A DNA stretch of 64,000 bases, from NCBI GenBank assembly GCA_040753955.1, contig JBFMDQ010000001.1, positions 44,668 through 108,667 on the forward strand, given 5' to 3'. The position numbers and the translations under genes were made by a program. The notes beneath the pieces were generated by a model, which worked only from the letters and a program-made list of their open reading frames with translations, did no database searches and had not been told where the DNA came from. The stretch comes from Nitrospirota bacterium. Its GTDB lineage: Bacteria; Nitrospirota; Thermodesulfovibrionia; Thermodesulfovibrionales; SM23-35. Within the stretch, counting starts at the first letter, position 1. Each line of letters opens with the position of its first letter. Positions 9,957 through 20,011 of the stretch are shown here, piece after piece.

Positions 9957-10934
9957 TTATGAATCTTGTATCGTGTTTCCCTCTTGCACAGGGGTTTGAG
10001 GTATGGAACCTTCAACAACAGACTCGCTAGGTATTCCTGTGGAGTAGTAGTATGTGAATATGATAGCAATAACCGCAAGACCGATGTAGGTCTGAAAGGC
10101 ATAAGAGATTAGCTGATATGGAAAAGAAAGGACTATACCTATTACAGGTACCAACTTGAAGGGATAGCCGAGGAGGATCAGGAGAAAACTTATCAGGACA
10201 TATCCTCCGAAAAGGAGGGTATAAAGCCAGAATGCCCTCGGGTGCCTCACCACATAATTTATAGCCTCCTTGAGGGATTTCACAGGGCCTATACCTTTAA
10301 TGGAGAGTGCAGCAACTCCATACATGGTTATCGAGAGGATTCCGAGAAGGAGGGTGAGTGCAATTATTATCAAGATAAGAGAAAAAAAGGTACCGAGGAA
10401 GAGGGCAAGCGTTGAATCCTGACTTTTAACGAAGGATACTAATGCTGTTACGCCTCCCCCAAAGATTCCGAGAACAAAGGCGGTAGCAATCAGTATAATG
10501 CCTATCACGGCGGTAAAACCAAGCATCGGTAGAAAAAGCCTTTTTGCTTCAGAGAAGAATATGTTCATGGTAAATTTTGGAGTTTTGTCTCTGAGGGCCC
10601 TTCCGATAACACCGATAGAACCCCCAAATACATAAATGGTGAATATCGCAGCTATAAGGATGTACATCAGGAGGCCCGCGATAACGATAAGGACAAGCCC
10701 GAAATACTTAGATATGATTTCAGAAGGCTCCTTAAGCAATTTGAAGATATCTTTTATATTTGTAATTTCTGTAAGGTCAATGCCGAATATGATAAATGCT
10801 ATCGCAAGTGGTATGCCTACTAAGACAAAAAAACCGATACCGCTTAAGATCACCATGCCGAGCTGGACGAGCACAAGCTGCCAGTTCCTGTGAACCACCC
10901 TGAATCCTTCCTTTATAGCATCGATGTAACTCAT
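9957..10934 (-). CDS. polytopic membrane protein, unknown function
   Basis: ORF 9957-10976 contains about 7 hydrophobic helices. ATG at 10934 (MSYIDAIKEGF) is preferred because AGGAA lies 5 nt upstream. Confidence 0.6.
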   Translation of the reverse strand: MSYIDAIKEGFRVVHRNWQLVLVQLGMVILSGIGFFVLVGIPLAIAFIIFGIDLTEITNIKDIFKLLKEPSEIISKYFGLVLIVIAGLLMYILIAAIFTIYVFGGSIGVIGRALRDKTPKFTMNIFFSEAKRLFLPMLGFTAVIGIILIATAFVLGIFGGGVTALVSFVKSQDSTLALFLGTFFSLILIIIALTLLLGILSITMYGVAALSIKGIGPVKSLKEAINYVVRHPRAFWLYTLLFGGYVLISFLLILLGYPFKLVPVIGIVLSFPYQLISYAFQTYIGLAVIAIIFTYYYSTGIPSESVVEGSIPQTPVQEGNTIQDS

Positions 10935-11056
10935 GTTGATTCCTGTTATTGTAAGATAAATTCTCACCTTTATCAAAGAGCTATTAGCAAAAGAGACATC
11001 AATCGGTCACGACAACGATGCCCGTCTCGGTGACGTTAAACGGTAACGTGAAAAAC

Positions 11057-11083
11057 TAACCCCCTCATTCCCCCCCTACTTAG
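11057..11083. repeat. C-arm-only fragment of the C-run/G-run hairpin element
   Basis: taaccccctcattccccccctactta resembles the left arm of the elements at 5017, 27576 and 43894. No G-rich partner arm follows. Confidence 0.5.
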
Positions 11084-11154
11084 ACGAAACGAGCTTCGTT
11101 ACCCTAACCGTAGCCGCTTTAACTCTTTGCTCTTTGCTATGTACTGGAATCGGG

Positions 11155-11183
11155 TTGATAAAAATTAATAAGTTAGTTATATT
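11155..11183 (+). promoter_or_regulatory. putative sigma70-type promoter of yajC-secDF
   Basis: TTGATA, then 17 nt, then TATATT. It lies 27 nt upstream of the yajC ATG (11210), which follows GGAGG. Confidence 0.5.
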
Positions 11184-11209
11184 ATTTGAAATTTTTCGGG
11201 AGGTGTCAG

Positions 11210-11539
11210 ATGCTGATAGATATTGCATATGCAATGGGTCCAGGCCCGCAGGGTGCGGATCAAGGTTTAGGAGCATTAGGTAGTATTATCCCCCTTATCC
11301 TTATATTTGTTATCTTCTATTTCTTGCTTATCAGGCCCCAGCAGAGAAGGGCCAAGGAGCACAGAAGAATGGTAGAGAATCTCAAAAAGGGGGATAAAGT
11401 TGTCACATCAGGTGGCGTTTACGGTGTTATCGAGGCTGTTGGTGCTAATACCGTTACAGTCAAGATCGCTGAGAATGTGAAGGTAAAACTTGGCAAGACA
11501 TTCATTGCGGCACTCAGGCCCCCTTCAGAGGAAGACTGA
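11210..11539 (+). CDS. yajC: preprotein translocase subunit YajC
   Basis: LILIFVIFYFLLIRPQQRRAKEHRRMVENLKKGDKVVTSGGVYGVI matches the YajC signature. ATG 11210 has GGAGG 6 nt upstream; the ORF-track start TTG 11186 is less likely. Confidence 0.85.
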   Translation: MLIDIAYAMGPGPQGADQGLGALGSIIPLILIFVIFYFLLIRPQQRRAKEHRRMVENLKKGDKVVTSGGVYGVIEAVGANTVTVKIAENVKVKLGKTFIAALRPPSEED

Positions 11540-11580
11540 TTCGAATCGTGCTGAGAGGATGACTCTGGAGGTTTAGTTTT

Positions 11581-13203
11581 GTGAAGAAAAAGTTTCTCTG
11601 GAGGCTAATCCTCATAAGTCTAACTCTCATCCTTGCATTCATATTTTTTCTCCCTAACACCCCTGCCTTTAAGTACATGCCTGAATGGTGGAAGGAGAAC
11701 ATGCCAGCCAAGGGGATTGTACTCGGACTCGACCTTCAAGGAGGGCTTCACCTTGTATTTGAGGTTGAAGGGGATAAGGCCGTTGAAATAACCACGGAGA
11801 GATATGCCTCAACATTAAAGGATGCGCTTATAAAAAGAAAACTAACAGCTGATGTTAATAAAAGTGGGCTCAACATCATAATAAGCCCACCAACCCCTGA
11901 GATAAGAAAGGCAGTTGAGGAAGACTTCCCTGCACTCACACCCGTCGAGGCAGCGGGGAGGCTTGTATATAAACTTTCTGACAGAGAGGCACGGAGGATA
12001 AAAGACAATGCTGCTGACCAGGCACTCGAGACAATTCGTAACAGGATAGACCAGTTCGGTGTTGCAGAGCCGACCATACACAGGCAGGCCGAAAACGAGA
12101 TTGTTGTCCAGCTCCCCGGGATCAAAGACCCCAAGCGTGCTATTGACATTATAGGCAGGACTGCACTGCTCGAATTCAAGCTCGTTGATGATGAGGCTCA
12201 GGTAGCAGCAGAACTTCCCCCATCAATTTTACCTGGCGAGGAAGAGAACCTTCTAAGGCAGTTTGCTGAAAAGATACCTGAGGGTGACGAAATACTCTTC
12301 GAGAGAAAGGTCAATAGGGAGACCGGTGCGGTCAGAAAGATACCCCTCCTTCTCAAAAAACAGGCAGTCCTTACAGGAGACCTCCTGAACGATGCAAGGG
12401 TAAATATTGACCCTGCATATAATGAGCCTTATGTCTCAATCTCATTCAATGCCGCAGGTGCAAAAATCTTCGAGGAGATAACAGGGGCAAATGTAAAAAA
12501 GAGGCTTGCCATAATTCTCGATAATACTGTTTATTCAGCCCCTGTCATACAGGAGAGGATATCGGGAGGTAATGCCCAGATAACAGGAAGCTTCACAATG
12601 GGGGAGGCAAAGGACCTAAGCATTGTATTAAGGTCAGGCGCACTCCCTGCACCCCTGAAGATGCTACAGAATGTTACTGTAGGGCCTTCTCTCGGCAGGG
12701 ACTCTATCGAGGCGGGAAAGGTAGCGGGTATAATCGCCTCTATAGCTGTTGTGGTATTCATGATATTCTATTATAGGCTTTCGGGTGTCATCGCTGACTT
12801 CGCACTGCTTCTGAACATAATACTCCTCCTCGGTGCGATGGCATCACTCAATGCAACGCTCACCCTTCCTGGCATTGCCGGGATTATACTCGCCATTGGT
12901 ATGGCCGTTGATTCAAATGTCCTTATGTTCGAGAGGATGAGGGATGAACTGAGGGCAGGTAAGACTCCATGGGCAGCCGTTGATTCAGGATATCACAAGG
13001 CGTTCTGGACAATCTTTGATTCTCATGTCACTACATTAATAACAGCAGCAGTGCTCTTTCAGTTCGGCACGGGTCCGATAAAAGGATTCGCCGTAACGTT
13101 GAGCCTCGGCGTTGCCATAAATCTCTTTACCGCACTCGTTGGCACAAAAACAGTCTTTGACATTATTAATAGCAGGCGTGAAATAAAAAAGCTGAGCATA
13201 TAG
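11581..13203 (+). CDS. secD: protein translocase subunit SecD
   Basis: 540-aa ORF with one N-terminal TM helix, a periplasmic domain and a C-terminal 5-TM SecD/F region ([17 protein letters not shown]). Confidence 0.95.
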   Translation: MKKKFLWRLILISLTLILAFIFFLPNTPAFKYMPEWWKENMPAKGIVLGLDLQGGLHLVFEVEGDKAVEITTERYASTLKDALIKRKLTADVNKSGLNIIISPPTPEIRKAVEEDFPALTPVEAAGRLVYKLSDREARRIKDNAADQALETIRNRIDQFGVAEPTIHRQAENEIVVQLPGIKDPKRAIDIIGRTALLEFKLVDDEAQVAAELPPSILPGEEENLLRQFAEKIPEGDEILFERKVNRETGAVRKIPLLLKKQAVLTGDLLNDARVNIDPAYNEPYVSISFNAAGAKIFEEITGANVKKRLAIILDNTVYSAPVIQERISGGNAQITGSFTMGEAKDLSIVLRSGALPAPLKMLQNVTVGPSLGRDSIEAGKVAGIIASIAVVVFMIFYYRLSGVIADFALLLNIILLLGAMASLNATLTLPGIAGIILAIGMAVDSNVLMFERMRDELRAGKTPWAAVDSGYHKAFWTIFDSHVTTLITAAVLFQFGTGPIKGFAVTLSLGVAINLFTALVGTKTVFDIINSRREIKKLSI

Positions 13204-13210
13204 GAAAGCG

Positions 13211-14122
13211 ATGATAGAGCTGATAAAAAATCCAAATATTGATTTTCTTGGAAAGAGATATTATGCCTTTGCCCTTTCAGCAGTTCTTTCCATCTTAGGA
13301 ATCATCGCTATAATACAGATCGCAGGGGGGCATGCAAACCTTGGGATAGATTTTGCAGGAGGGACAGCTATACAGTTAAAGTTCGAAAAGGCTGTTGCGC
13401 TCCATGATATCAGGCTTGCCCTTGAGAATGGAGGAATAAAGGACTTTGATCTCCAGGACCTTCCAACAGAGAACAAAGTTCTCATAAGGATGAAAAAGAG
13501 CGAGGAAGAACTCGGCCGTGCTGCAGAGGCTGTAACATCTATACTCACCCAGAAGTTCCCTGACACCAGATACGTAGTTGATTCAACAACAGTCATAGGG
13601 CCGAAGGTAGGAGGAAAGCTCAGGGCAGATGCGGCAAAGGCGATCGCTGTGGCTGTTATGGGACTACTTATTTATGTCGCATTCAGGTTTCAGTTAAGGT
13701 TCGGTGTTGGTGCAACGATTGCAACCTTTCACGATGTCCTCGCTGTACTTGGATTATTTTATATCATGGGAAAGGAGATCAATCTTATTCTTGTTACCGC
13801 CCTCCTCACTATTGCCGGTTATTCCCTCACTGACACTGTTGTAGTATTTGACAGGATCAGGGAGAACCTGAAACTGAAACATAGGGAAGATGTTAAGACG
13901 ATAATGAACAGCAGTATTAATGAGGTCTTATCAAGAACAATAATAACCTCTACGACAGTACTTCTTACTTCAGTAGCGCTGTTTTTCTTCGGCGGTGAGG
14001 TCATACATGACTTCTCCCTTGCCATGATAATGGGCGTTATTGTCGGTACTTATTCATCGATATTCGTCGCAAGCCCAATGGTACTCCTATGGGGAGGTAA
14101 AAGGCCCTTTGCCAAGAAATGA
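13211..14122 (+). CDS. secF: protein translocase subunit SecF
   Basis: 303 aa, with GIDFAGGT, the SecF TM core and VVFDRIRE. Confidence 0.95.
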   Translation: MIELIKNPNIDFLGKRYYAFALSAVLSILGIIAIIQIAGGHANLGIDFAGGTAIQLKFEKAVALHDIRLALENGGIKDFDLQDLPTENKVLIRMKKSEEELGRAAEAVTSILTQKFPDTRYVVDSTTVIGPKVGGKLRADAAKAIAVAVMGLLIYVAFRFQLRFGVGATIATFHDVLAVLGLFYIMGKEINLILVTALLTIAGYSLTDTVVVFDRIRENLKLKHREDVKTIMNSSINEVLSRTIITSTTVLLTSVALFFFGGEVIHDFSLAMIMGVIVGTYSSIFVASPMVLLWGGKRPFAKK

Positions 14123-14126
14123 AAAC

Positions 14127-14198
14127 CGTAATGCGTTATGCGTGATGCGCAATGAGCTAACAAGCTGGACTTATCACGCATTACGGGTTACGCATAAC
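14127..14198. repeat. two inverted heptamer arrays (CGTAATG family)
   Basis: cgtaatg cgttatg cgtgatg cgcaatg (14127-14154) faces tatcacg cattacg ggttacg cataacg (14172-14199 region), forming a long imperfect hairpin right after secF. Confidence 0.75.
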
Positions 14199-14205
14199 GA
14201 ATTTT

Positions 14206-15957
14206 ATGCATAGGCGATGGCTTGTCAACAGAACCAACCCGGAATATATAGAATATTTGTCAAAAATTGCATCCATTTCCCCTGTTCTGGCTCAAATATT
14301 GATAAACAGGGGAATAAAGACGCCTCACGAGATATATGATTTCCTTAACCCGAGGATATCAAATCTCTCAGACCCCTTCGAGCTTGTAGGCTTAAAGACT
14401 GCTGTTGAAAGAATAAAAGAGGCGTTGAAAAGAAGTGAAAGGGTCCTCGTCCACGGCGACTACGATGCAGATGGTCTCTCTGCTACAGCTATAGTATTTC
14501 TTGCCCTGAAAGGACTCGGATTAGATGTCCATTACTTTATCCCTCACAGGATTACCCATGGATATGGTTTTAGTTTTGCTGGTGTGAAAAGGGCGAAGGA
14601 ACTCGGAGTCGAGCTGGTAATTACAGTTGACTGCGGGATAACATCCTTTGAGGCGATAGCTCTATCGAAAAGAGAAGGAATAGATGTGATTGTAACCGAT
14701 CACCATGAACCAGCTCTTAATCAACAGTCCCTATTCGGAAATCACAATTATCTACTACCCGATGCCTTTGCTATTGTTAATCCTAAACTCTCGACCACTG
14801 ACTCTCGATCCTCGGTCTTATCAGGTGCGGGGGTCGCATTTAAGCTTGCCCAGGCATTATCAACGGTTCACGGTTCACGTCCGCCTATGGCGGACACGGT
14901 TCACGAATTTTTAGACCTCGCTGCTATCGGTACAATGGCTGATGTTGTTCCTATTATCGGTGAGAACAGGATTCTCGTAAAAGAGGGGTTGAAGTTGATA
15001 GAAAATGGTGCGAGGCCAGGCTTGAGGGCACTGAGGGAGGTTTCGGGCATTGATAAGAGAGAGACTAAGTCTGATGTGCTGCCGTTCACAATAATCCCGA
15101 GAATGAATGCAGCTGGCAGGATATCAGACGCTAACAATGTTGTAAAGCTCCTGCTTACTGATTCAGATGATGGGGCAGCCGAGATATCATTTTGGCTGGA
15201 TAAACTCAATTCAGAGAGACAGCAGATAGAGGAAGAGGTTTATCGGGAAGCCCTCGACAAGCTCAATGATAAAGGTGTCCGTTCAGCCATCGTGCTTTCA
15301 GGAGAGGGGTGGCATCAGGGTGTTATTGGCATTGTGGCATCTAAAATTACAGAGATTTTTTACAGACCTACCTTTGTTATTTCCAAAGGGGGAAACACTG
15401 CCACAGGTTCGGCAAGGAGCATCCCTCCCTTTGACATCTATAAAGGTCTAACAGGCTGCAGAGAACTCCTCACAGGCTTTGGCGGTCATAAACAGGCTGC
15501 AGGGTTTAGACTGAATACTGAGGATATTTCATCCTTCGAGGAAAGGATCAACAGGATTGTGGCTGAAAGCCTTACAGAGGAGGATTTTATACCTTCCCTC
15601 GAGATAGATGCAGATGTAAAACTCTCTCACATAAACTTAAGCCTTATAAGAGAGCTCGAGATGCTCGAACCCCTTGGATTTGGAAACACCGAGCCGCTCC
15701 TGGGTTCAAAAGGGCTCGAGGTTCTCTACCCGAGGGTGGTCGGGAATAATCACATCAAGATGAAACTCAGGCAGAGGTCCTACTCCATTGATGCCATAGG
15801 GTTTGATATGGCCGAATTTTTTGATACCCTATTGAATATAGCATCAAATTCAACAGGTTCAACCTTGATCGATGCTGCATTCACGCCATTCATAAATGAA
15901 TGGGAAGGAGGCAGGGGTCTCCAGCTAAACCTGAAGGCATTCAGGCCGAGCCTGTGA
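14206..15957 (+). CDS. recJ: single-stranded-DNA-specific exonuclease RecJ
   Basis: DHH motifs VHGDYDADG, DCG and VTDHHEP, plus a DHHA1 region GGHKQAAG. Confidence 0.9.
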   Translation: MHRRWLVNRTNPEYIEYLSKIASISPVLAQILINRGIKTPHEIYDFLNPRISNLSDPFELVGLKTAVERIKEALKRSERVLVHGDYDADGLSATAIVFLALKGLGLDVHYFIPHRITHGYGFSFAGVKRAKELGVELVITVDCGITSFEAIALSKREGIDVIVTDHHEPALNQQSLFGNHNYLLPDAFAIVNPKLSTTDSRSSVLSGAGVAFKLAQALSTVHGSRPPMADTVHEFLDLAAIGTMADVVPIIGENRILVKEGLKLIENGARPGLRALREVSGIDKRETKSDVLPFTIIPRMNAAGRISDANNVVKLLLTDSDDGAAEISFWLDKLNSERQQIEEEVYREALDKLNDKGVRSAIVLSGEGWHQGVIGIVASKITEIFYRPTFVISKGGNTATGSARSIPPFDIYKGLTGCRELLTGFGGHKQAAGFRLNTEDISSFEERINRIVAESLTEEDFIPSLEIDADVKLSHINLSLIRELEMLEPLGFGNTEPLLGSKGLEVLYPRVVGNNHIKMKLRQRSYSIDAIGFDMAEFFDTLLNIASNSTGSTLIDAAFTPFINEWEGGRGLQLNLKAFRPSL

Positions 15958-15976
15958 AAAGTTAAAAGTGAAAAGT
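15956..15976. repeat. heptamer tandem repeat (KAAAAGT x3)
   Basis: gaaaagt taaaagt gaaaagt, overlapping the recJ stop codon. Confidence 0.6.
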
Positions 15977-16056
15977 TTTTAAAACATTTTACTCTTAACT
16001 TATGAGTCTTGCTAAGAAGTTCATTCATAAGTAAAACAACATCCTTATTCCATTTC

Positions 16057-16175
16057 TGTCATTCCGGGCTTGACCCGGAATCCAGGGTTTTCCGTGAAAA
16101 CGGGAACCTATTTCCTTAATAGTTCCCTGCTTCCGCAGGGACGGCGTCTGGATTCCCGCTTTCGCGGGAATGACA
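16057..16175. repeat. palindromic MITE-like element, GTCATTCC..GGAATCCAG family
   Basis: tgtcattccgggcttgacccggaatccag ... ctggattcccgctttcgcgggaatgaca. The ~28-nt terminal inverted repeats are themselves hairpins, and there are two internal hairpins. A shorter copy lies at 33196-33265. Confidence 0.75.
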
Positions 16176-16238
16176 TACAAGTTGCCTTCCTTATGTAACT
16201 CTCAACTCATCACTGTTTCTAAAGTTGTATAATAAATT

Positions 16239-18371
16239 ATGCCAGAAGAATCTATAACGATCGGTGGTCTGATTAAAAGGGTCCTTTCTTATAATCCCGA
16301 TGCAGATGTAGAAGTTCTGAAGCGGGCCTATCATTTTTCGAGTGAAGCCCACTTCAGCCAGAAAAGGGTAGAAGGCTCACCTTATATAGAACATCCCGTT
16401 GCAGTTGCATCGATCCTCGCTGATATGAAGATGGATACCGCAACCATTGCGGCAGGCCTTCTACATGACACTATCGAAGATACAGGCAAAACAAAGAAAG
16501 AAATAAAGGAACTTTTTGGCGAAGAGATTGCATTCCTTGTGGAGGCATTAACAAAGCTTTCTCGAATGGTCTTCAAGACGAAAGAGGAGGCCCAGGCAGA
16601 AAACTTCAGGAAGATGCTTTTAGCCATGTCAGAGGATGTCAGGGTAATGTTCATAAAATTTGCAGATAGGCTTCATAATATGCGAACTCTAAAACACCTT
16701 CCGGAAAATAAACGGCAGAGGATCGCATCAGAAACTCTCGAGATCTATGCACCAATAATAAACAGGCTCGGCATTGGATGGTTAAGGAATGAACTTGAAG
16801 ACCTGAGCTTTAAATCCCTCATGCCCAAACTCTATAGTGAACTCGTAAGGAAGGTTGCGAAGAGAAAGGAGGAACAGGAGGGTTATTTAAAAGAGCTTTT
16901 TAAGATAGTAAGTAACAAACTGAAAGAGGCGGGCCTTCCAGGAACAGTATCAGGAAGGATAAAGCATTACTATGGCATCTATCAGAAGATGCAGAAACAG
17001 AGGATTACATTCGAGCAGGTTCATGATGTCCTCGGCCTGAGGATAATCACGGATACAAAGGCTAACTGCTATGCAATCCTCGGCCTGATTCATTCCCTCT
17101 GGACGCCTATTCCTGGCAGATTCAAAGACTATATAGGGGTACCAAAATCAAACATGTACCAATCTCTCCACACAACTGTTATTGGGCCGAAGGGAGAAAG
17201 GGTCGAGGTTCAGATAAGGACCTCTGAGATGAACATGATTGCAGAGCATGGTATAGCATCCCACTGGAGATATAAAGAAAAGGGTGAGGTTGATGAAAAG
17301 AGCAGCAAATATATCTCATGGCTCAGAAACCTGATACAGGCGCAGAAAGAGCTGTCCGATGCAAAGGACTTCCTTGAAGCTGTTAAAGGTGAGGTCTTCC
17401 CTGATGCTGTATATGTCTTTACACCGAAGGGAGATATAAAGGAGCTCCCTGTTGGTTCAACGCCTGTGGATTTCGCCTACAGCATCCATACACAAGTAGG
17501 TCATAGATGTATTGGTGCAAAAGTAAATGGCAGAATAATACCTCTCAGGTATACCCTCAGAAGTGGCGACACAGTCGAGATAATAACCTCTCCAACACAT
17601 GGGCCAAGCAGGGACTGGCTTAAATTTGTTGTTACGCAACGCGCAAAGGGCCGGATAAAGCAGTGGATAAAGGCTGAAGAGAGGAAACAGGCTATAGAAC
17701 TGGGCCTCAGGCTCCTTGAAGGAGAGCTAAAAAGGCATGACCTCAGCCCGTCCGTCCTCAAGTCAGAAGATATGCAGAGGTTCTTAAAATCCTTTAATAT
17801 CCAGTCCCTCGAGGATCTCTATGTCTCTGTTGGCTATGGAAGATTATCAGCTCATCAGGTTGTTAACAAACTGGTGCCAGAGAAACCAGTAGAAGAGATT
17901 CCTGCTGTAAAGGTTACAAAACCTCCAAAGGAGCAGAAGGGCGTCACCATAAAGGGAGTGGATAATGTTTTATATCGTACAGCTAAATGTTGTTTCCCTG
18001 TGCCGGGTGACAGGCTTGTGGGTTTTGTAACAAGGGGCAGGGGTGCCACAATCCATCGCGAGGACTGTCCAAACCTCGAAAGGCTCGCTGTTGATAATGC
18101 AAGGCTCGTTGATGTTGAATGGAGGTCGATGGGTGATGCGACATCACCAGCGAAGCTATTTGTAGAAACTGTTGATAGACCTGGCATACTTGCAAGCCTC
18201 AGTGCCCTTATATCATCCGTTAATGTCAATATAAGCCATGTAGAGGCAAGTTCAACAGAGGACAAAAAGGCCCATATCATATTCGTCCTTGAGGTGAAGG
18301 ATAAAAGCCAGCTTTCAGGGCTTACCCAGAAGATTTCACAGATGGAGGGAGTCCTGAAAGTGAGCAGATAA
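16239..18371 (+). CDS. relA: bifunctional (p)ppGpp synthetase/hydrolase (Rel/SpoT homologue)
   Basis: HD hydrolase domain (HPVAVASIL..LHDTIEDT), synthetase domain (RIKHYYGIYQKM, SLHTTV), and TGS and ACT domains. Confidence 0.95.
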   Translation: MPEESITIGGLIKRVLSYNPDADVEVLKRAYHFSSEAHFSQKRVEGSPYIEHPVAVASILADMKMDTATIAAGLLHDTIEDTGKTKKEIKELFGEEIAFLVEALTKLSRMVFKTKEEAQAENFRKMLLAMSEDVRVMFIKFADRLHNMRTLKHLPENKRQRIASETLEIYAPIINRLGIGWLRNELEDLSFKSLMPKLYSELVRKVAKRKEEQEGYLKELFKIVSNKLKEAGLPGTVSGRIKHYYGIYQKMQKQRITFEQVHDVLGLRIITDTKANCYAILGLIHSLWTPIPGRFKDYIGVPKSNMYQSLHTTVIGPKGERVEVQIRTSEMNMIAEHGIASHWRYKEKGEVDEKSSKYISWLRNLIQAQKELSDAKDFLEAVKGEVFPDAVYVFTPKGDIKELPVGSTPVDFAYSIHTQVGHRCIGAKVNGRIIPLRYTLRSGDTVEIITSPTHGPSRDWLKFVVTQRAKGRIKQWIKAEERKQAIELGLRLLEGELKRHDLSPSVLKSEDMQRFLKSFNIQSLEDLYVSVGYGRLSAHQVVNKLVPEKPVEEIPAVKVTKPPKEQKGVTIKGVDNVLYRTAKCCFPVPGDRLVGFVTRGRGATIHREDCPNLERLAVDNARLVDVEWRSMGDATSPAKLFVETVDRPGILASLSALISSVNVNISHVEASSTEDKKAHIIFVLEVKDKSQLSGLTQKISQMEGVLKVSR

Positions 18372-18382
18372 CAATATACGTT

Positions 18383-18844
18383 ATGGGTAAGAACGGCATC
18401 GCATTTGTAGAACTTCTGATCGTAATAAGCATAATTGCGATTTTGGCTTTGTTAACTGTCCCGGTAATTAAGGCAAACAAGCTTGATGGTGCTACAAGGA
18501 TGATTTACTCTGATTTACTCCTTGCAAGGATGCAGGCGATAGCCAAGGGAAATAACTTCAGGGTTATATTCAATGCAGAAGATGGTCATACATATGATAA
18601 TCATACCTACTGGATTCATAACGATAAAAATAGTAATAGCGATATAGAGGCAGGTGAAGAGTTCACCATTAAAGACATACATAAAGATTATGAAGGAGTA
18701 ACATTTACTGTTAATAACAATGCTACCTTTAATCCGAGGGGGACTTCTAATAGTGGTACCGTTACATTAATAGATCAATCTGGTTCAAAATATGTTATAT
18801 TTTCCTGGACAGGGAGGGTAAGGATAAGTGATATGCCACCGTAA
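18383..18844 (+). CDS. type IV pilus minor pilin / pseudopilin, GspH/FimT-like
   Basis: Prepilin-like N-terminus MGKNG|IAFVELLIVISIIAILA with Glu at +5, followed by the GspH-type segment TRMIYSDLLLARMQAIAKGNNFRV. Confidence 0.7.
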   Translation: MGKNGIAFVELLIVISIIAILALLTVPVIKANKLDGATRMIYSDLLLARMQAIAKGNNFRVIFNAEDGHTYDNHTYWIHNDKNSNSDIEAGEEFTIKDIHKDYEGVTFTVNNNATFNPRGTSNSGTVTLIDQSGSKYVIFSWTGRVRISDMPP

Positions 18845-19235
18845 AAACCCGAATGGTTTCACATTAGTAGAGGTTCTCATAGCCCTGGCCATCCTATCCA
18901 TAGGTCTTCTTGCACTCGCTGGATTGCAGGTAGTAGTGATAAAGGCCAATGCAGGCTCTAAGAATCTGACATCAGCAGTTATCTTAGCAGAAGCAAAGAT
19001 AGAGGAACTGAAAAGGAATGGGTTTGGGAGCCTGACAAATGGCAACTTTCAAGACCCGAATAACCCTGTTAATGAGACCGGTCAGGCAGGGGGCATTTTC
19101 ACAAGATCCTGGGTAATTGATAATTATTTCGGTTCAGCAGATATGAAACAGATAATTGTGACCTTAACATGGACAGATTCCTTAGGGAATCATAACATCC
19201 CTGTAACAACAGTATTTTCGAGGGCTGTGGATTGA
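18828..19235 (+). CDS. type IV pilus minor pilin, PilV-like
   Basis: NPNG|FTLVEVLIALAILSIGLLAL prepilin cleavage/methylation motif. GTG start overlaps the upstream gene by 17 nt. Confidence 0.7.
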   Translation: MICHRKNPNGFTLVEVLIALAILSIGLLALAGLQVVVIKANAGSKNLTSAVILAEAKIEELKRNGFGSLTNGNFQDPNNPVNETGQAGGIFTRSWVIDNYFGSADMKQIIVTLTWTDSLGNHNIPVTTVFSRAVD

Positions 19236-19236
19236 A

Positions 19237-19998
19237 ATGGATAAAAAGGGGTTTACCCCGTCAGATAGAGAACATCTAACGGGGTTTACATTAGTAGAGT
19301 TGATGATTGCTATGGTAATTTCACTCATTGTCCTTGCAGGTATTTATAATGTCTTTATATCATCCAATAGGAGCTATTTTATTCAGGAGTCCCTAACTGA
19401 TATGCAACAGAATGCAAGGGCATCAATAGAATTTATGGCAAGGGAACTGATAAATGCAGTTGTAATAGAGGAGATCGATACAACAGCAGGTAATAGCAGT
19501 ATAACCTTTTATACAGATGGAGACGATGTAGATGTGGGCGTATCTACAGGCAGCAACACAAATACCACCTTAAATGACACAACTAAATCATGGACTCCTA
19601 ACGAATGGCAGAATAAGATAGTAGCGATTGTCGATGGCGCCGGAAAAGGTCAGACAAAACCCATCAGCTCAAACACCTCTAACCAATCGACATTGTCTGA
19701 AAATTGGACAACAGTTCCAGACAGTACATCCGTTTATCATGTTGACGTTGAGAAGAAAGGGTTTTCAAGAACAAGTAATGATAATGTCCTTCGTTATACA
19801 AAGGGTGGCAGTGTAAATCAGCCATTTACTGACAATATAACCAATCTAACCTTGACAGCGGATGACCCAGATATTAATAACATAAAGAAGATAGATATCC
19901 AGTTGACCGCAAGGACATCGAGGACAGACCCTAACATGAATAACCAATACCACTATTATACTGTTAATACCTCAGTAAAGTTGAGGAATCGGGATTAA
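19237..19998 (+). CDS. type IV pilus minor pilin, PilW-like
   Basis: HLTG|FTLVELMIAMVISLIVLAGIYNVF prepilin motif. 253 aa with a Thr/Asn-rich body. Confidence 0.65.
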   Translation: MDKKGFTPSDREHLTGFTLVELMIAMVISLIVLAGIYNVFISSNRSYFIQESLTDMQQNARASIEFMARELINAVVIEEIDTTAGNSSITFYTDGDDVDVGVSTGSNTNTTLNDTTKSWTPNEWQNKIVAIVDGAGKGQTKPISSNTSNQSTLSENWTTVPDSTSVYHVDVEKKGFSRTSNDNVLRYTKGGSVNQPFTDNITNLTLTADDPDINNIKKIDIQLTARTSRTDPNMNNQYHYYTVNTSVKLRNRD

Positions 19999-20011
19999 GG
20001 GGGTGAGTCTC

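Noticed and set aside
11748-12179. Long antisense ORFs inside secD, relA, feoB, PBP1A, groEL and other genes (for example 11748-12179, 17855-18280, 57687-58379, 60251-60685)
   Set aside because: All lie opposite well-supported conserved genes and are Ser/Leu/Pro-rich mirror frames with no start-site signals. They are typical shadow ORFs.
14127-14198. CRISPR array (also considered for the other heptamer and hairpin clusters)
   Set aside because: Units are 7 nt with no spacers, or are single hairpins. There is no 25-40 nt repeat/spacer periodicity and no cas genes in the window.
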